42,398 bases of DNA from an uncultured Methanosarcinales archaeon (lineage in GTDB: Archaea; Nanobdellota; Nanobdellia; Woesearchaeales; SM23-78), in NCBI GenBank assembly GCA_964404345.1, contig CAYOJS010000001.1, positions 1,839 to 44,236 on the forward strand. The letters run 5' to 3'. The notes beneath the pieces are model-generated. The model saw only the letters and a program-made list of their open reading frames with translations. It was not told the DNA's origin and ran no database searches. Made by a program: the position numbers and the translations under genes. Within the stretch, counting starts at the first letter, position 1, and the number at the start of each line of letters is the position of its first letter. Shown here piece by piece: positions 1 through 7,288 of this stretch.

Positions 1-38
1 AGATTATGAAATTTTATATAAAGACCAAGATTTAATTC

Positions 39-713
39 TTGAAGAAATCTCAAGAAATTCGCGACATTTTGATTAAGAATTTTATTGCGATGGAGATTGT
101 GGAGGAGTCCGCTGATCGCATTGTCGCAAGAGGCTTTGTCAACATCAAAGACATCAACTTGGAGCATAATCTGCGTAGAGCAGATAATATGATCCGCACC
201 ATGATTAAAGACTTGATTGTGATGAGTCAGTTTAACAAGGAAAAGAAAGTAGCCTTGCGAGACTCGTTAGAGACTCGAGATAAAGACGTAAACAAAATGG
301 TTTTCTTAAGCTATAGATTCATCCATTTTTTATTTACAGAAAAAAAGACATGGAACAAGCAGGAACCCATTAAGCTTTTGCAAAATTGGTATCTATTCAA
401 CAATTTAGAGCGTCTTGGGAACGATGCAAAAAGGATTGCGCGAATCATGACAGATATTCCAAAAAAAGACTTACCTACTGAGTTGAGTGCTTTACTGTTG
501 AAGGTAGAAAAGATCTATGAAGGAACCATGCACGCTTTTTACACAGATAATCACACAATGGCGTATAAGCTAAGCTTAGATCGCATTCCGCTACTGAAGG
601 ATTGTGATGCGTTGATCGAGCAACACAAGCAGAACAGTGATATGATCAAGTCCTGCGAAAAAATCAAGCAGTTTTTAGGAAACATACAAAACATAATGAG
701 GTTACGATATTGA
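39..713 (+). CDS. PhoU-domain protein
   Basis: 224-aa ORF. 'NNLERLGNDAKRIARIM' matches the conserved LERIGD..A.NIA helix of PhoU repeats. TTG start at 39, with the frame closed upstream by TAA at 33-35; first in-frame ATG at 90. Overlaps the next ORF by 4 nt. Confidence 0.5.
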   Translation: MKKSQEIRDILIKNFIAMEIVEESADRIVARGFVNIKDINLEHNLRRADNMIRTMIKDLIVMSQFNKEKKVALRDSLETRDKDVNKMVFLSYRFIHFLFTEKKTWNKQEPIKLLQNWYLFNNLERLGNDAKRIARIMTDIPKKDLPTELSALLLKVEKIYEGTMHAFYTDNHTMAYKLSLDRIPLLKDCDALIEQHKQNSDMIKSCEKIKQFLGNIQNIMRLRY

Positions 714-2257
714 GTTTTATCCCTGAAAGAAACTTAATAGGGCCAGATTTAGAATTAGCGGAAGCCGTAGAGAAATTGGTTAGAATCCGGATACTCAAAG
801 AGTCAAAAGGTCTATCAGGTGGGAAAGGAATATTTGTAACAGGCACGAGTTTGGCTGTTCTTTTAGGGGTTGATCGAGTACAAGAGAGACCACACACACG
901 AAGCGCTCTTTGTGACACAGTATTACCCATAACATACCACTTAATGAATAGAGGAAGAATCGGAGAAGAAAGGTACAGTGCTGACATTCCAGTGGTCGTT
1001 AAATCGGTAGGGAAAATTACCACCCCCCTACGCCCAACGGAGTGCCCGGCTCTGAGCCCTTCAGGGGTTGTGATGAAGCTTTTGCAAGATGATAGCATCG
1101 GGGGATCCTCAAAATCTCCCTATCTTAGAAGCCCATTTCTATTGCTAGGAACAGACAATTCACAGATCATGGAGAGAATAGAGGGGGATACATTAGAAAA
1201 GGTCGCAGCAGAAACAAATAGAAGTATACAAGACAAACTAAAACAGAGAGAAAGTGTGGATGATGAAGTGGCATTTTTGATTGAAACTCTGAGAAAATCA
1301 TTCGAGATGGATACGGAGTTGGTACAGCATCTAACACGCAATCAAGAAGGGGTTCCTTTAGTGGATGGAAGAGGGGATCTAGTGGATCCTGGGAGGGAAA
1401 AAGATCATCTTAAAAATCTATTATGGGGGACTCCAACTGAACATGCAGAGCAGGGTTATATCCCCATCATGTTAGAGCGAGCAAAAAGATATGGAATCAT
1501 ATCTGAAGAGAGAGTTGCCGCGCTTCTTGCTCTAAAGGATAAAATAATGGACACAGAAGGAATGCGATCAGTCAAGAGAGTAATCAACCAAACCGAACGT
1601 CGAAAAAAAGATCGCAAACGAGTCCTTCCTCATGGGGATCTAGAGCCTGGAAACATCATAATAGGATATGAAACTTCAGTAGTGGGGATTGAAAGTGCGC
1701 TGTTGGGACTTCGTAATGCAAACTCTCGAGTAAAAGGGTACCGTCCAATCGATTTCGGAAGAACCCGTTATTGGAATTTAGGTAAGGATCCAGTGTCTCT
1801 TTTCTCTGACCCTGCTTATCGAGTGTTATGGAACCTACCGAATCCCGAGCGATTCGGATTTAATGGGCCTCGAGAAGAGTTCAATCAAGCAGTAAGTAAA
1901 ATTATAGACGGAGCATCTATAGAGTATGCATTGGATATCCAAACAGGGTTGGATTGGAATGCTTCTTTTTTCCTACATGCTGCCAGTCGGAGTGCCAAAA
2001 AAATGTGTCGGCTAAAAAATGAAGGATTGGATGGTTCCTTAGATGAAATGATCCGAAGGGGGGATAATCAAGAGATCGGAAGAAGGCTCAGACTCACTCA
2101 ATCGACATACGATTATTTCGTTTTTTTCTCGGATGCCTGCGAAAAGTTAGGGGTTTGTGGGGCATATAAAGGTCAATTCACAGGCATCTTTGAGAAACTG
2201 CAAAAGGTAGACCTAGAAACAATAAGACAATTGTCTGAAGTAGATCAAGAAGAATAG
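710..2257 (+). CDS. hypothetical protein, 515 aa, no family recognised
   Basis: Long uninterrupted ORF with TTG start overlapping the PhoU-like stop (TTGA). Non-repetitive, globular-looking composition. No motif I can name. Confidence 0.6.
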   Translation: MSFIPERNLIGPDLELAEAVEKLVRIRILKESKGLSGGKGIFVTGTSLAVLLGVDRVQERPHTRSALCDTVLPITYHLMNRGRIGEERYSADIPVVVKSVGKITTPLRPTECPALSPSGVVMKLLQDDSIGGSSKSPYLRSPFLLLGTDNSQIMERIEGDTLEKVAAETNRSIQDKLKQRESVDDEVAFLIETLRKSFEMDTELVQHLTRNQEGVPLVDGRGDLVDPGREKDHLKNLLWGTPTEHAEQGYIPIMLERAKRYGIISEERVAALLALKDKIMDTEGMRSVKRVINQTERRKKDRKRVLPHGDLEPGNIIIGYETSVVGIESALLGLRNANSRVKGYRPIDFGRTRYWNLGKDPVSLFSDPAYRVLWNLPNPERFGFNGPREEFNQAVSKIIDGASIEYALDIQTGLDWNASFFLHAASRSAKKMCRLKNEGLDGSLDEMIRRGDNQEIGRRLRLTQSTYDYFVFFSDACEKLGVCGAYKGQFTGIFEKLQKVDLETIRQLSEVDQEE

Positions 2258-2264
2258 TAGAGTT

Positions 2265-3056
2265 TTAAGGCCGGGCCAAAGCCGCACGTTCATCAGCCTG
2301 GGGGGATTCATAGGGAAGAGCTTCAGCCATTACAGGAGGAACAGAAGCCGAAGAAGCTTGAAGGAGAGGTTCTAGCCCATTCCGAATGATTTGATCTTTC
2401 AATCGAGATGAATAGATCTTTTGCCCCATTCCTTCACGGGGTAAACAAGTTGCATGTTGTTGAAATTCTGCATTTCCGATACATAACAAAGTCAGAGGGG
2501 ACTCATCAGTAGAGGGCATTCGATGTCGGTAATCAAACGCAGGTTCAGGAACGATTCGTGAAAAAATAGAAGCAAAATTTGAGCGCAAAACAGTCGATGC
2601 AGGAGCTGTTCCTCTAAATGCATAAGCCGAGAGAACAATAGCTAATGGATCTAAAGAAGGCTGAGATTCAGGAGTAAAAAGGGGTTGGAAAGCAGAGAGG
2701 TCTTTTATATCACTTAAGCGCGCTGCATTCGCTCCTACTAGAAATCCATACGCCCGAGGGGTGGAAGGAGGGGAATAGACAAAGACCCTTCCAGATTTAG
2801 GACTTTTAGTATCTTGAATGGCAGTTCGGACTCCGAGAGGAAGTCCTTTAATACGCTCCTTAAACTGCCGAGAATCGGGAAGCAGATAAATAAGATCTGA
2901 ATGGGTGCGACCTTTAACATGGATAAGGCAAGCAGCCGGAAGAATCTCTCTAAGAGCTTTTCGAACTTCATCTGAATCCGGTTGATCTTGTTGCCCCAAA
3001 AGACCTGCTAGACCTCCAGCTAAAGTTGCTATACCCTTTGATAGAATCATATTCAT
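2265..3056 (-). CDS. hypothetical protein, 263 aa (Pro/Ala/Ser-rich, unlike the Lys/Glu-rich neighbours)
   Basis: ORF convergent with 710..2257. TTTTATAAAG on the minus strand at 3071-3080 lies just upstream of ATG 3056/3050. Confidence 0.5.
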   Translation of the reverse strand: MNMILSKGIATLAGGLAGLLGQQDQPDSDEVRKALREILPAACLIHVKGRTHSDLIYLLPDSRQFKERIKGLPLGVRTAIQDTKSPKSGRVFVYSPPSTPRAYGFLVGANAARLSDIKDLSAFQPLFTPESQPSLDPLAIVLSAYAFRGTAPASTVLRSNFASIFSRIVPEPAFDYRHRMPSTDESPLTLLCIGNAEFQQHATCLPREGMGQKIYSSRLKDQIIRNGLEPLLQASSASVPPVMAEALPYESPQADERAALARP

Positions 3057-3217
3057 TGGAAGCGTTTTCGCTTTATAAAAGTTACCCTTTCTTTAGAGGA
3101 TAAAAGCATCTGTTTATCGAGCAGAAGCTTTTTAAAGTGAGCTCTTTTCTATCAGCCAGCTGAGACACCCCATTTTGGTAACATCCATAAAGGATGTGCA
3201 GTCTCGGGAGGATGAAC

Positions 3218-3628
3218 ATGGAATACAAACTCAATCTAGGAGATCCTAAGACCGGTAAAACCCATAAGAAGGACGTGAAAGAAGCCGAAGCCAAGGTTTT
3301 CTTTGGTAAAAAGATGGGGGATAAGGTCGAAGGCGATAAATTCGGCTTGGAAGGCTATGAATTTGAAATCATGGGCGGTAGTGATTATTGTGGCTTTCCC
3401 ATGCGTAAAGACGTCATGGGAGGCTCTCGTAAGCGAATTCTGATCACCAAAGGAGTAGGCAATCAGGATAACTGGGGTGGCCGAAGAAGACGTCGCACTG
3501 TCGTTGGAAACATGGTTTCCGATAAGATCACGCAGATCAATTTAAAGATTCTGAAGCACGGAAAAGCTCCTTTAGAAGCGCCTAAAGCAGAAACGGCAAC
3601 TGAAAAGAAGGCAGAAGAGAAAAAATAG
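3218..3628 (+). CDS. rps6e: 30S ribosomal protein S6e
   Basis: 'GGSDYCGFPMRKDVMGGSRKRILITKGVG...GGRRRRRTVVGN' is typical S6e. GGGAGG at 3206-3211 sits 6 nt before ATG 3218, so the track start 3194 is probably too early. Confidence 0.9.
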   Translation: MEYKLNLGDPKTGKTHKKDVKEAEAKVFFGKKMGDKVEGDKFGLEGYEFEIMGGSDYCGFPMRKDVMGGSRKRILITKGVGNQDNWGGRRRRRTVVGNMVSDKITQINLKILKHGKAPLEAPKAETATEKKAEEKK

Positions 3629-3650
3629 CGTTTTATAGAAAAATGGCTCT

Positions 3651-4331
3651 TTAGCCTAGATTAAACCGTTGGTGGTAAAGCCGGTAATAGGCCCCAATGG
3701 TTTGAAGCGCTTGTTTGGCTTTTTCAGGAGTAATCTGGGTGATCTTTCTTGTTTTGCGATCAATGAGATAATTCTGAATCTGCTCATCACTGAGGCTGGT
3801 TACAGGCACATTTTTCTGGGTCACAGGATTGCGCAAGCTGTACATATTGATTCGAACCCAGGCAATTTCTTCCGGGGTAACATAAAGACCTTCTTGATCT
3901 GTATAATCAGCACGATTCGCTAAAAAGATGCCTCCTGTTTTAGACTTGGTAAAAGAAGGGTAAAGGCTAGTATGACTTTTGATGCTAAGACCGGTTTGAG
4001 TCTCATCAGCAACCGTTCCCAGCCCATATTGCAGTACGTCCGGAGGCAATTGGATGTGGTTCCAATTTCGGCTTTGTTTGTCAAAGAGGATTTCCATAAG
4101 CCAGTCATCGTTGACCGATTCAACCGGCCAGGTTTTTCGCATACGCGCATCATAAATGGTTGGTTTGCTGGCACGTAGCCCACGGATAAAATCCATTCTA
4201 TAAGGCTCAAATGCATTCAGAAATCGGTCATAATCCGGTTTGTGTCGGACTTTATAGGTTTCTCCTTCTCCAATGACTGCAAGAGTCATAGGGATGAGTA
4301 AAATCGTTAAAACCAGCCAGGTGAGCTTCAT
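3651..4331 (-). CDS. secreted hypothetical protein
   Basis: N-terminal signal-like segment 'MKLTWLVLTILLIPMTLAVIG'. No recognised domain. Confidence 0.6.
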   Translation of the reverse strand: MKLTWLVLTILLIPMTLAVIGEGETYKVRHKPDYDRFLNAFEPYRMDFIRGLRASKPTIYDARMRKTWPVESVNDDWLMEILFDKQSRNWNHIQLPPDVLQYGLGTVADETQTGLSIKSHTSLYPSFTKSKTGGIFLANRADYTDQEGLYVTPEEIAWVRINMYSLRNPVTQKNVPVTSLSDEQIQNYLIDRKTRKITQITPEKAKQALQTIGAYYRLYHQRFNLG

Positions 4332-4391
4332 AGCACTACTTATGCCGTAAATAGTTAAAAAGCTTTCGATAAATAAGTCTTGCAGAAAAGC

Positions 4392-4399
4392 TTTATATA
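4392..4399 (+). promoter_or_regulatory. archaeal TATA box (TTTATATA) for argS
   Basis: Centred about 26 nt upstream of ATG 4422. This puts the real argS start at 4422 (MEIKD...), not the track start 4380. Confidence 0.6.
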
Positions 4400-4421
4400 C
4401 AGACTCGGGTTATGGGAGTAT

Positions 4422-6119
4422 ATGGAAATCAAGGATTGTCTGGCAACTTTTCTAGCAAAAGAACTCAAATTAGACAGGCAGAAAGTCCTTTCAATCCTCG
4501 AAACCCCTCCAGACCCCAAAATGGGAGACCTAGCGTTTCCGTGCTTCGAACTAGCCAAAATAAAAAAGAAAGCCCCTCCAGTGATTGCAATCGAGCTCGC
4601 TCAAACATTAAAGTTCCCTTCTGAGATAGAAAGAGTCGCCGCCACAGGTCCTTATCTGAATTTTTTCATCAATCGATCGTTTCTGGTAGAGCAAGTATTG
4701 GAAGAAGTTAAGAAAAAGAAAGAGGAGTACGGTCAATCGGCTCATTTCAAAGAAAAGGCTGTGGTGGAGTTTGCCGGTCCTAATACAAACAAACCCTTAC
4801 ATTTAGGGCACTTAAGAAATATATTTCTAGGCCAGGCTGTGTGCAGCATTCTAAGTGTTCAAGGCTTCAAAGTAACGCCTGTAAACATCGTAAATGATCG
4901 TGGGGCGCATATTTGTAAAAGTATGCTCGCCTATCAGAAATGGGGAAACAACGCTAAGCCTGATAAGAAAGGGGATCATTATGTGGGGGATTGGTATGTG
5001 AAGTACGCCAATGAAGAAAAGACCCACCCTGAAATGGAAGAAGAGATTCGTGAAATGTTAAGGAAGTGGGAAGAAAGCGACCCTGAAGTGAAGGCGCTCT
5101 GGAAGAAAATGAATGGTTGGGTCTTGCAGGGATTTGCAGAGACCTTCAAACGCATCGGTGTGAAATTCGATAAGGAATACTATGAAAGTGATTTTTACGA
5201 CAAAGGAAAAGACTTGGTCGAGCAAGGAGTAAAAAAAGGAGTTTTCATCAAAAAGCCGGATGGAGAAATCCTAGCAGAGCTCGAGCCTTACAAGCTCCCG
5301 AATAAGATTGTTCTCCGCTCAGATGGAACAACGATTTACATCACCCAAGACATGGCGTTAGCTAGAATTCGCTTCCAAGATTATAAGATGGATCGCATGA
5401 TTTACGTGGTGGCCAATGAACAAAACCTTCATTTTCAGCAGTTGTTTAAGATGCTAGAACTCTTAGAGTTTCCCTTTGCAAAGAACTGCTTCCATCTCAG
5501 TTATGGTATGGTAACGCTTCCGGAAGGGAAGATGAAATCTCGAGAAGGAACAGTAATTGATGCAGATGACATCTTGGATGAAATGGAGCGTTTGGCAAAG
5601 GAAGAGATTCAGGAGCGCCATGAACTGGATGAGAAAAAAGCAAAAGAGCGGGCTGTTCAGATTGGTCATGGGGCCTTGCGTTTTTTCATCTTAAAGTACG
5701 ATCATGTCAAGGACATCATTTTCAACCCGAAAGAAAGCCTCTCATTTGAGGGGGAAACAGGCCCGTATGTACAATATGCGCATGCAAGGATTTGCAGCAT
5801 TTTGCGAAAGCATGGAAGTGCAGTAGCATCAAAAATAGAATGGTCATTGCTAAAAGCACCAGAAGAGGCCGAGCTAGTGAAAGCATTAGGGAAATTCAAG
5901 GAAGTAACGCTTGCGGCGGCCGAGCAGTACAAACCCCACCTAGTGGCTCGCTACTTACTCGATCTAGCGCAGTTGTTCAATGAGTATTACCATAAGCATC
6001 AAGTGATAACCGCAGATGAAGCTCTTACCAAGGCACGCATTCACTTAATTGATTCAGTCAGACAAGTCTTAAAGAATGGCCTCAATCTTCTTTTAATCGA
6101 GGCTCCCGAGGAGATGTAA
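4422..6119 (+). CDS. argS: arginine--tRNA ligase
   Basis: Class I HIGH motif 'NKPLHLGHLRN', KMSK-like 'GKMKSREG', and a C-terminal anticodon-binding region typical of ArgRS. Confidence 0.93.
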   Translation: MEIKDCLATFLAKELKLDRQKVLSILETPPDPKMGDLAFPCFELAKIKKKAPPVIAIELAQTLKFPSEIERVAATGPYLNFFINRSFLVEQVLEEVKKKKEEYGQSAHFKEKAVVEFAGPNTNKPLHLGHLRNIFLGQAVCSILSVQGFKVTPVNIVNDRGAHICKSMLAYQKWGNNAKPDKKGDHYVGDWYVKYANEEKTHPEMEEEIREMLRKWEESDPEVKALWKKMNGWVLQGFAETFKRIGVKFDKEYYESDFYDKGKDLVEQGVKKGVFIKKPDGEILAELEPYKLPNKIVLRSDGTTIYITQDMALARIRFQDYKMDRMIYVVANEQNLHFQQLFKMLELLEFPFAKNCFHLSYGMVTLPEGKMKSREGTVIDADDILDEMERLAKEEIQERHELDEKKAKERAVQIGHGALRFFILKYDHVKDIIFNPKESLSFEGETGPYVQYAHARICSILRKHGSAVASKIEWSLLKAPEEAELVKALGKFKEVTLAAAEQYKPHLVARYLLDLAQLFNEYYHKHQVITADEALTKARIHLIDSVRQVLKNGLNLLLIEAPEEM

Positions 6120-6211
6120 AGCTTTTTGAATCCCGTTTCTCTTCTTACAAATGCATAGCTCTCACGCCCCTATGATGATCGTGAGTGGGGGTCGTTAAGC
6201 TGTGCTACAAT

Positions 6212-6240
6212 AGGGGCAGGCGTCAGCCTGCTCCTTTTTT
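6212..6240 (+). terminator. stem-loop plus T-run downstream of argS
   Basis: AGGGGCAGGC (6212-6221) / GCCTGCTCCT (6226-6235) form a 10-bp stem with one G-U and loop GTCA, running into TTTTTT (6235-6240). Confidence 0.5.
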
Positions 6241-6300
6241 CAATAACCTTAAAAAGCCTGTTTTTCTTCTATCCTGTATTGGGCCCGTAGCATAGCCTGG

Positions 6301-6344
6301 GTATGTCAAATTCGTAAGAATTTGATCAGATCTGCATAGGGCAG
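6301..6344 (+). other. non-canonical tRNA intron in the D-loop (after G18G19), 44 nt
   Basis: Central 4-bp helix GCCT (6295-98) / GGGC (6339-42). 3-nt bulges GGG (6299-6301) and AGA (6343-45). Inner helix TATG/CATA. Same position and same central helix as the tRNA-Leu D-loop intron. Confidence 0.7.
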
Positions 6345-6363
6345 ATAGTGTATCCGGCTTCGG

Positions 6364-6378
6364 TTAAAATCAGGAGAA
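6364..6378 (+). other. canonical 37/38 tRNA intron, 15 nt
   Basis: Central helix CTTC (6358-61) / GGAG (6373-76). Bulges GGT (6362-64) and AAA (6377-79). The inner helix is almost absent, so this is a relaxed BHB. Confidence 0.7.
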
Positions 6379-6420
6379 ACCGGATGAGGGGGGTTCAAAT
6401 CCCTCCGGGCTCGCCTTTTT

Positions 6421-6583
6421 TTCAGTGCAGTATCGAACGAAGTGAGATACTCAGAATTCGGCGGAGTTCTGGTACCAGAAATCCCTAGGATTTCTGTGTA
6501 CTGCGGTTCAGGGTTCTAGGGAAGTGCTCAGAAATCATGGATTTCTGGCACGCCAAGAGCTTTGTTCTTGAGCGAATTCCCTA
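6421..6583 (+). repeat. ORF-less hairpin array between tRNA-Arg and the orphan copy of its 3' end
   Basis: Five consecutive hairpins: AGTATC/GATACT (6429-6451), CAGAATTC-GGCG-GAGTTCTG (6452-6471), a 14-bp stem at 6471-6502 with loop CTA, a 13-bp stem at 6524-6551 with loop ATG, and CAAGA/TCTTG (6554-6570). The CAGAA...TTCTG core recurs. Confidence 0.55.
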
Positions 6584-6606
6584 GGTTCATATCCCTCCGG
6601 ACTCGC
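6584..6606 (+). repeat. orphan direct repeat of the tRNA-Arg 3' end
   Basis: GGTTCATATCCCTCCGGACTCGC versus GGTTCAAATCCCTCCGGGCTCGC at 6392-6414 (21/23 identical). Both copies are followed by a T-run. No matching 5' half or T-stem partner was found. Confidence 0.7.
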
Positions 6607-6688
6607 TTTTTTATTCCTTTCCAGTAAAACACCTATAGAAAATTATTCTCCAACACCACCTTTCCTTAAACAAAATCTTTAAAAAGAG

Positions 6689-7246
6689 TTGCATGTCTCA
6701 AACAAAGGGGGGTGTAACAATTTGTTTTCGTTTTCACAACAGCACAAGATTTCCGACGAGCTAATTGAGCTGCGTAGGAACATGCGTGCCGGTTTTCAAC
6801 TCGTCCGCGAGGAATTAGATAACCACTTGGACACGATCAATCAGAGTACGGAAGAAATCCAGAGCGCGTTCGAATTCTTGATGGAGTTGGATAAGAAAGT
6901 GGAAAAGCTGGGTGAGCGATTGGATCAGTTGGAGCCTTTGTTGAATCCCATTGTAAAGTCCGAACAGGTTGTATTGCCCCACCGTGAGCAAGAGGTATTT
7001 GTCCTATTATATGCAACACATGAACGTCTGCCTGTAAAAGAATTAGCAAGGAAGTTGGGTTTGACGGTAGAGATGGTAGATAATTATGTGTGCAGTATGA
7101 TCTCAAAGAAAATCCCGATTCTTCGAGAATTAGAGGGGGAAACCTGTTGGGTTTCATTGGACGGGCGATTCAAAGAATTGCAGGCAAAGCAAAGTGTGAT
7201 CCGAATCAATGAAGACGTGACCCAAAGCTTGTTAACTGAACTATAA
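6689..7246 (+). CDS. coiled-coil protein with C-terminal HTH
   Basis: The C-terminal part 'REQEVFVLLYATHERLPVKELARKLGLTVEMVDNYVCSMISK' looks like a LuxR/sigma-r4-type HTH. Start is uncertain: TTG 6689, TTG 6722 or ATG 6782. Confidence 0.55.
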   Translation: MHVSNKGGCNNLFSFSQQHKISDELIELRRNMRAGFQLVREELDNHLDTINQSTEEIQSAFEFLMELDKKVEKLGERLDQLEPLLNPIVKSEQVVLPHREQEVFVLLYATHERLPVKELARKLGLTVEMVDNYVCSMISKKIPILRELEGETCWVSLDGRFKELQAKQSVIRINEDVTQSLLTEL

Positions 7247-7259
7247 TCTATAGGAAGTT

Positions 7260-7267
7260 TTTTATAG
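7260..7267 (+). promoter_or_regulatory. TATA box (TTTTATAG) for gpmI
   Basis: Centred about 25 nt upstream of ATG 7289. Confidence 0.5.
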
Positions 7268-7288
7268 CCGAATTTCTGGTTTACACGG

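Larger units (their letters stand above)
6281..6413 (+). tRNA. tRNA-Arg(UCG) with two introns; exons 6281-6300, 6345-6363, 6379-6413 give a 74-nt mature RNA
   Basis: Acceptor GGGCCCG/CGGGCTC, D-arm GCAT-AGCCTGGATA-GTGT, anticodon arm TCCGG-CTTCGGA-CCGGA, T-arm GGGGG-TTCAAAT-CCCTC, discriminator G. Both introns sit in BHB-like contexts. Confidence 0.8.

Noticed and set aside
664-1098. 144-aa minus-strand ORF; also 1120..1341.
   Set aside because: They are embedded antisense in the longer 710..2257 ORF and have no start-site signals.
6160-6190. C/D-box sRNA candidate: ATGATGA at 6172-6178 in the loop of a CTCACG/CGTGAG hairpin downstream of argS.
   Set aside because: No CUGA D box lies within a plausible distance on either strand, and there are no terminal-stem or D'/C' elements. 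It is probably only 3' UTR structure.
6464-6605. Possible second functional tRNA ending in GGTTCATATCCCTCCGGACTCG. Candidate 5' acceptor strands are GAGTTCT (6464) or GGGTTCT (6511), with a possible GAG|intron|GG T-stem.
   Set aside because: The 7-66 pair is mismatched for both candidates. No D-arm or anticodon arm could be assembled. The putative 11-nt T-stem intron (6573-6583) has no BHB, because CTTG does not pair with TCCC. It is better explained as an orphan 3'-end repeat.
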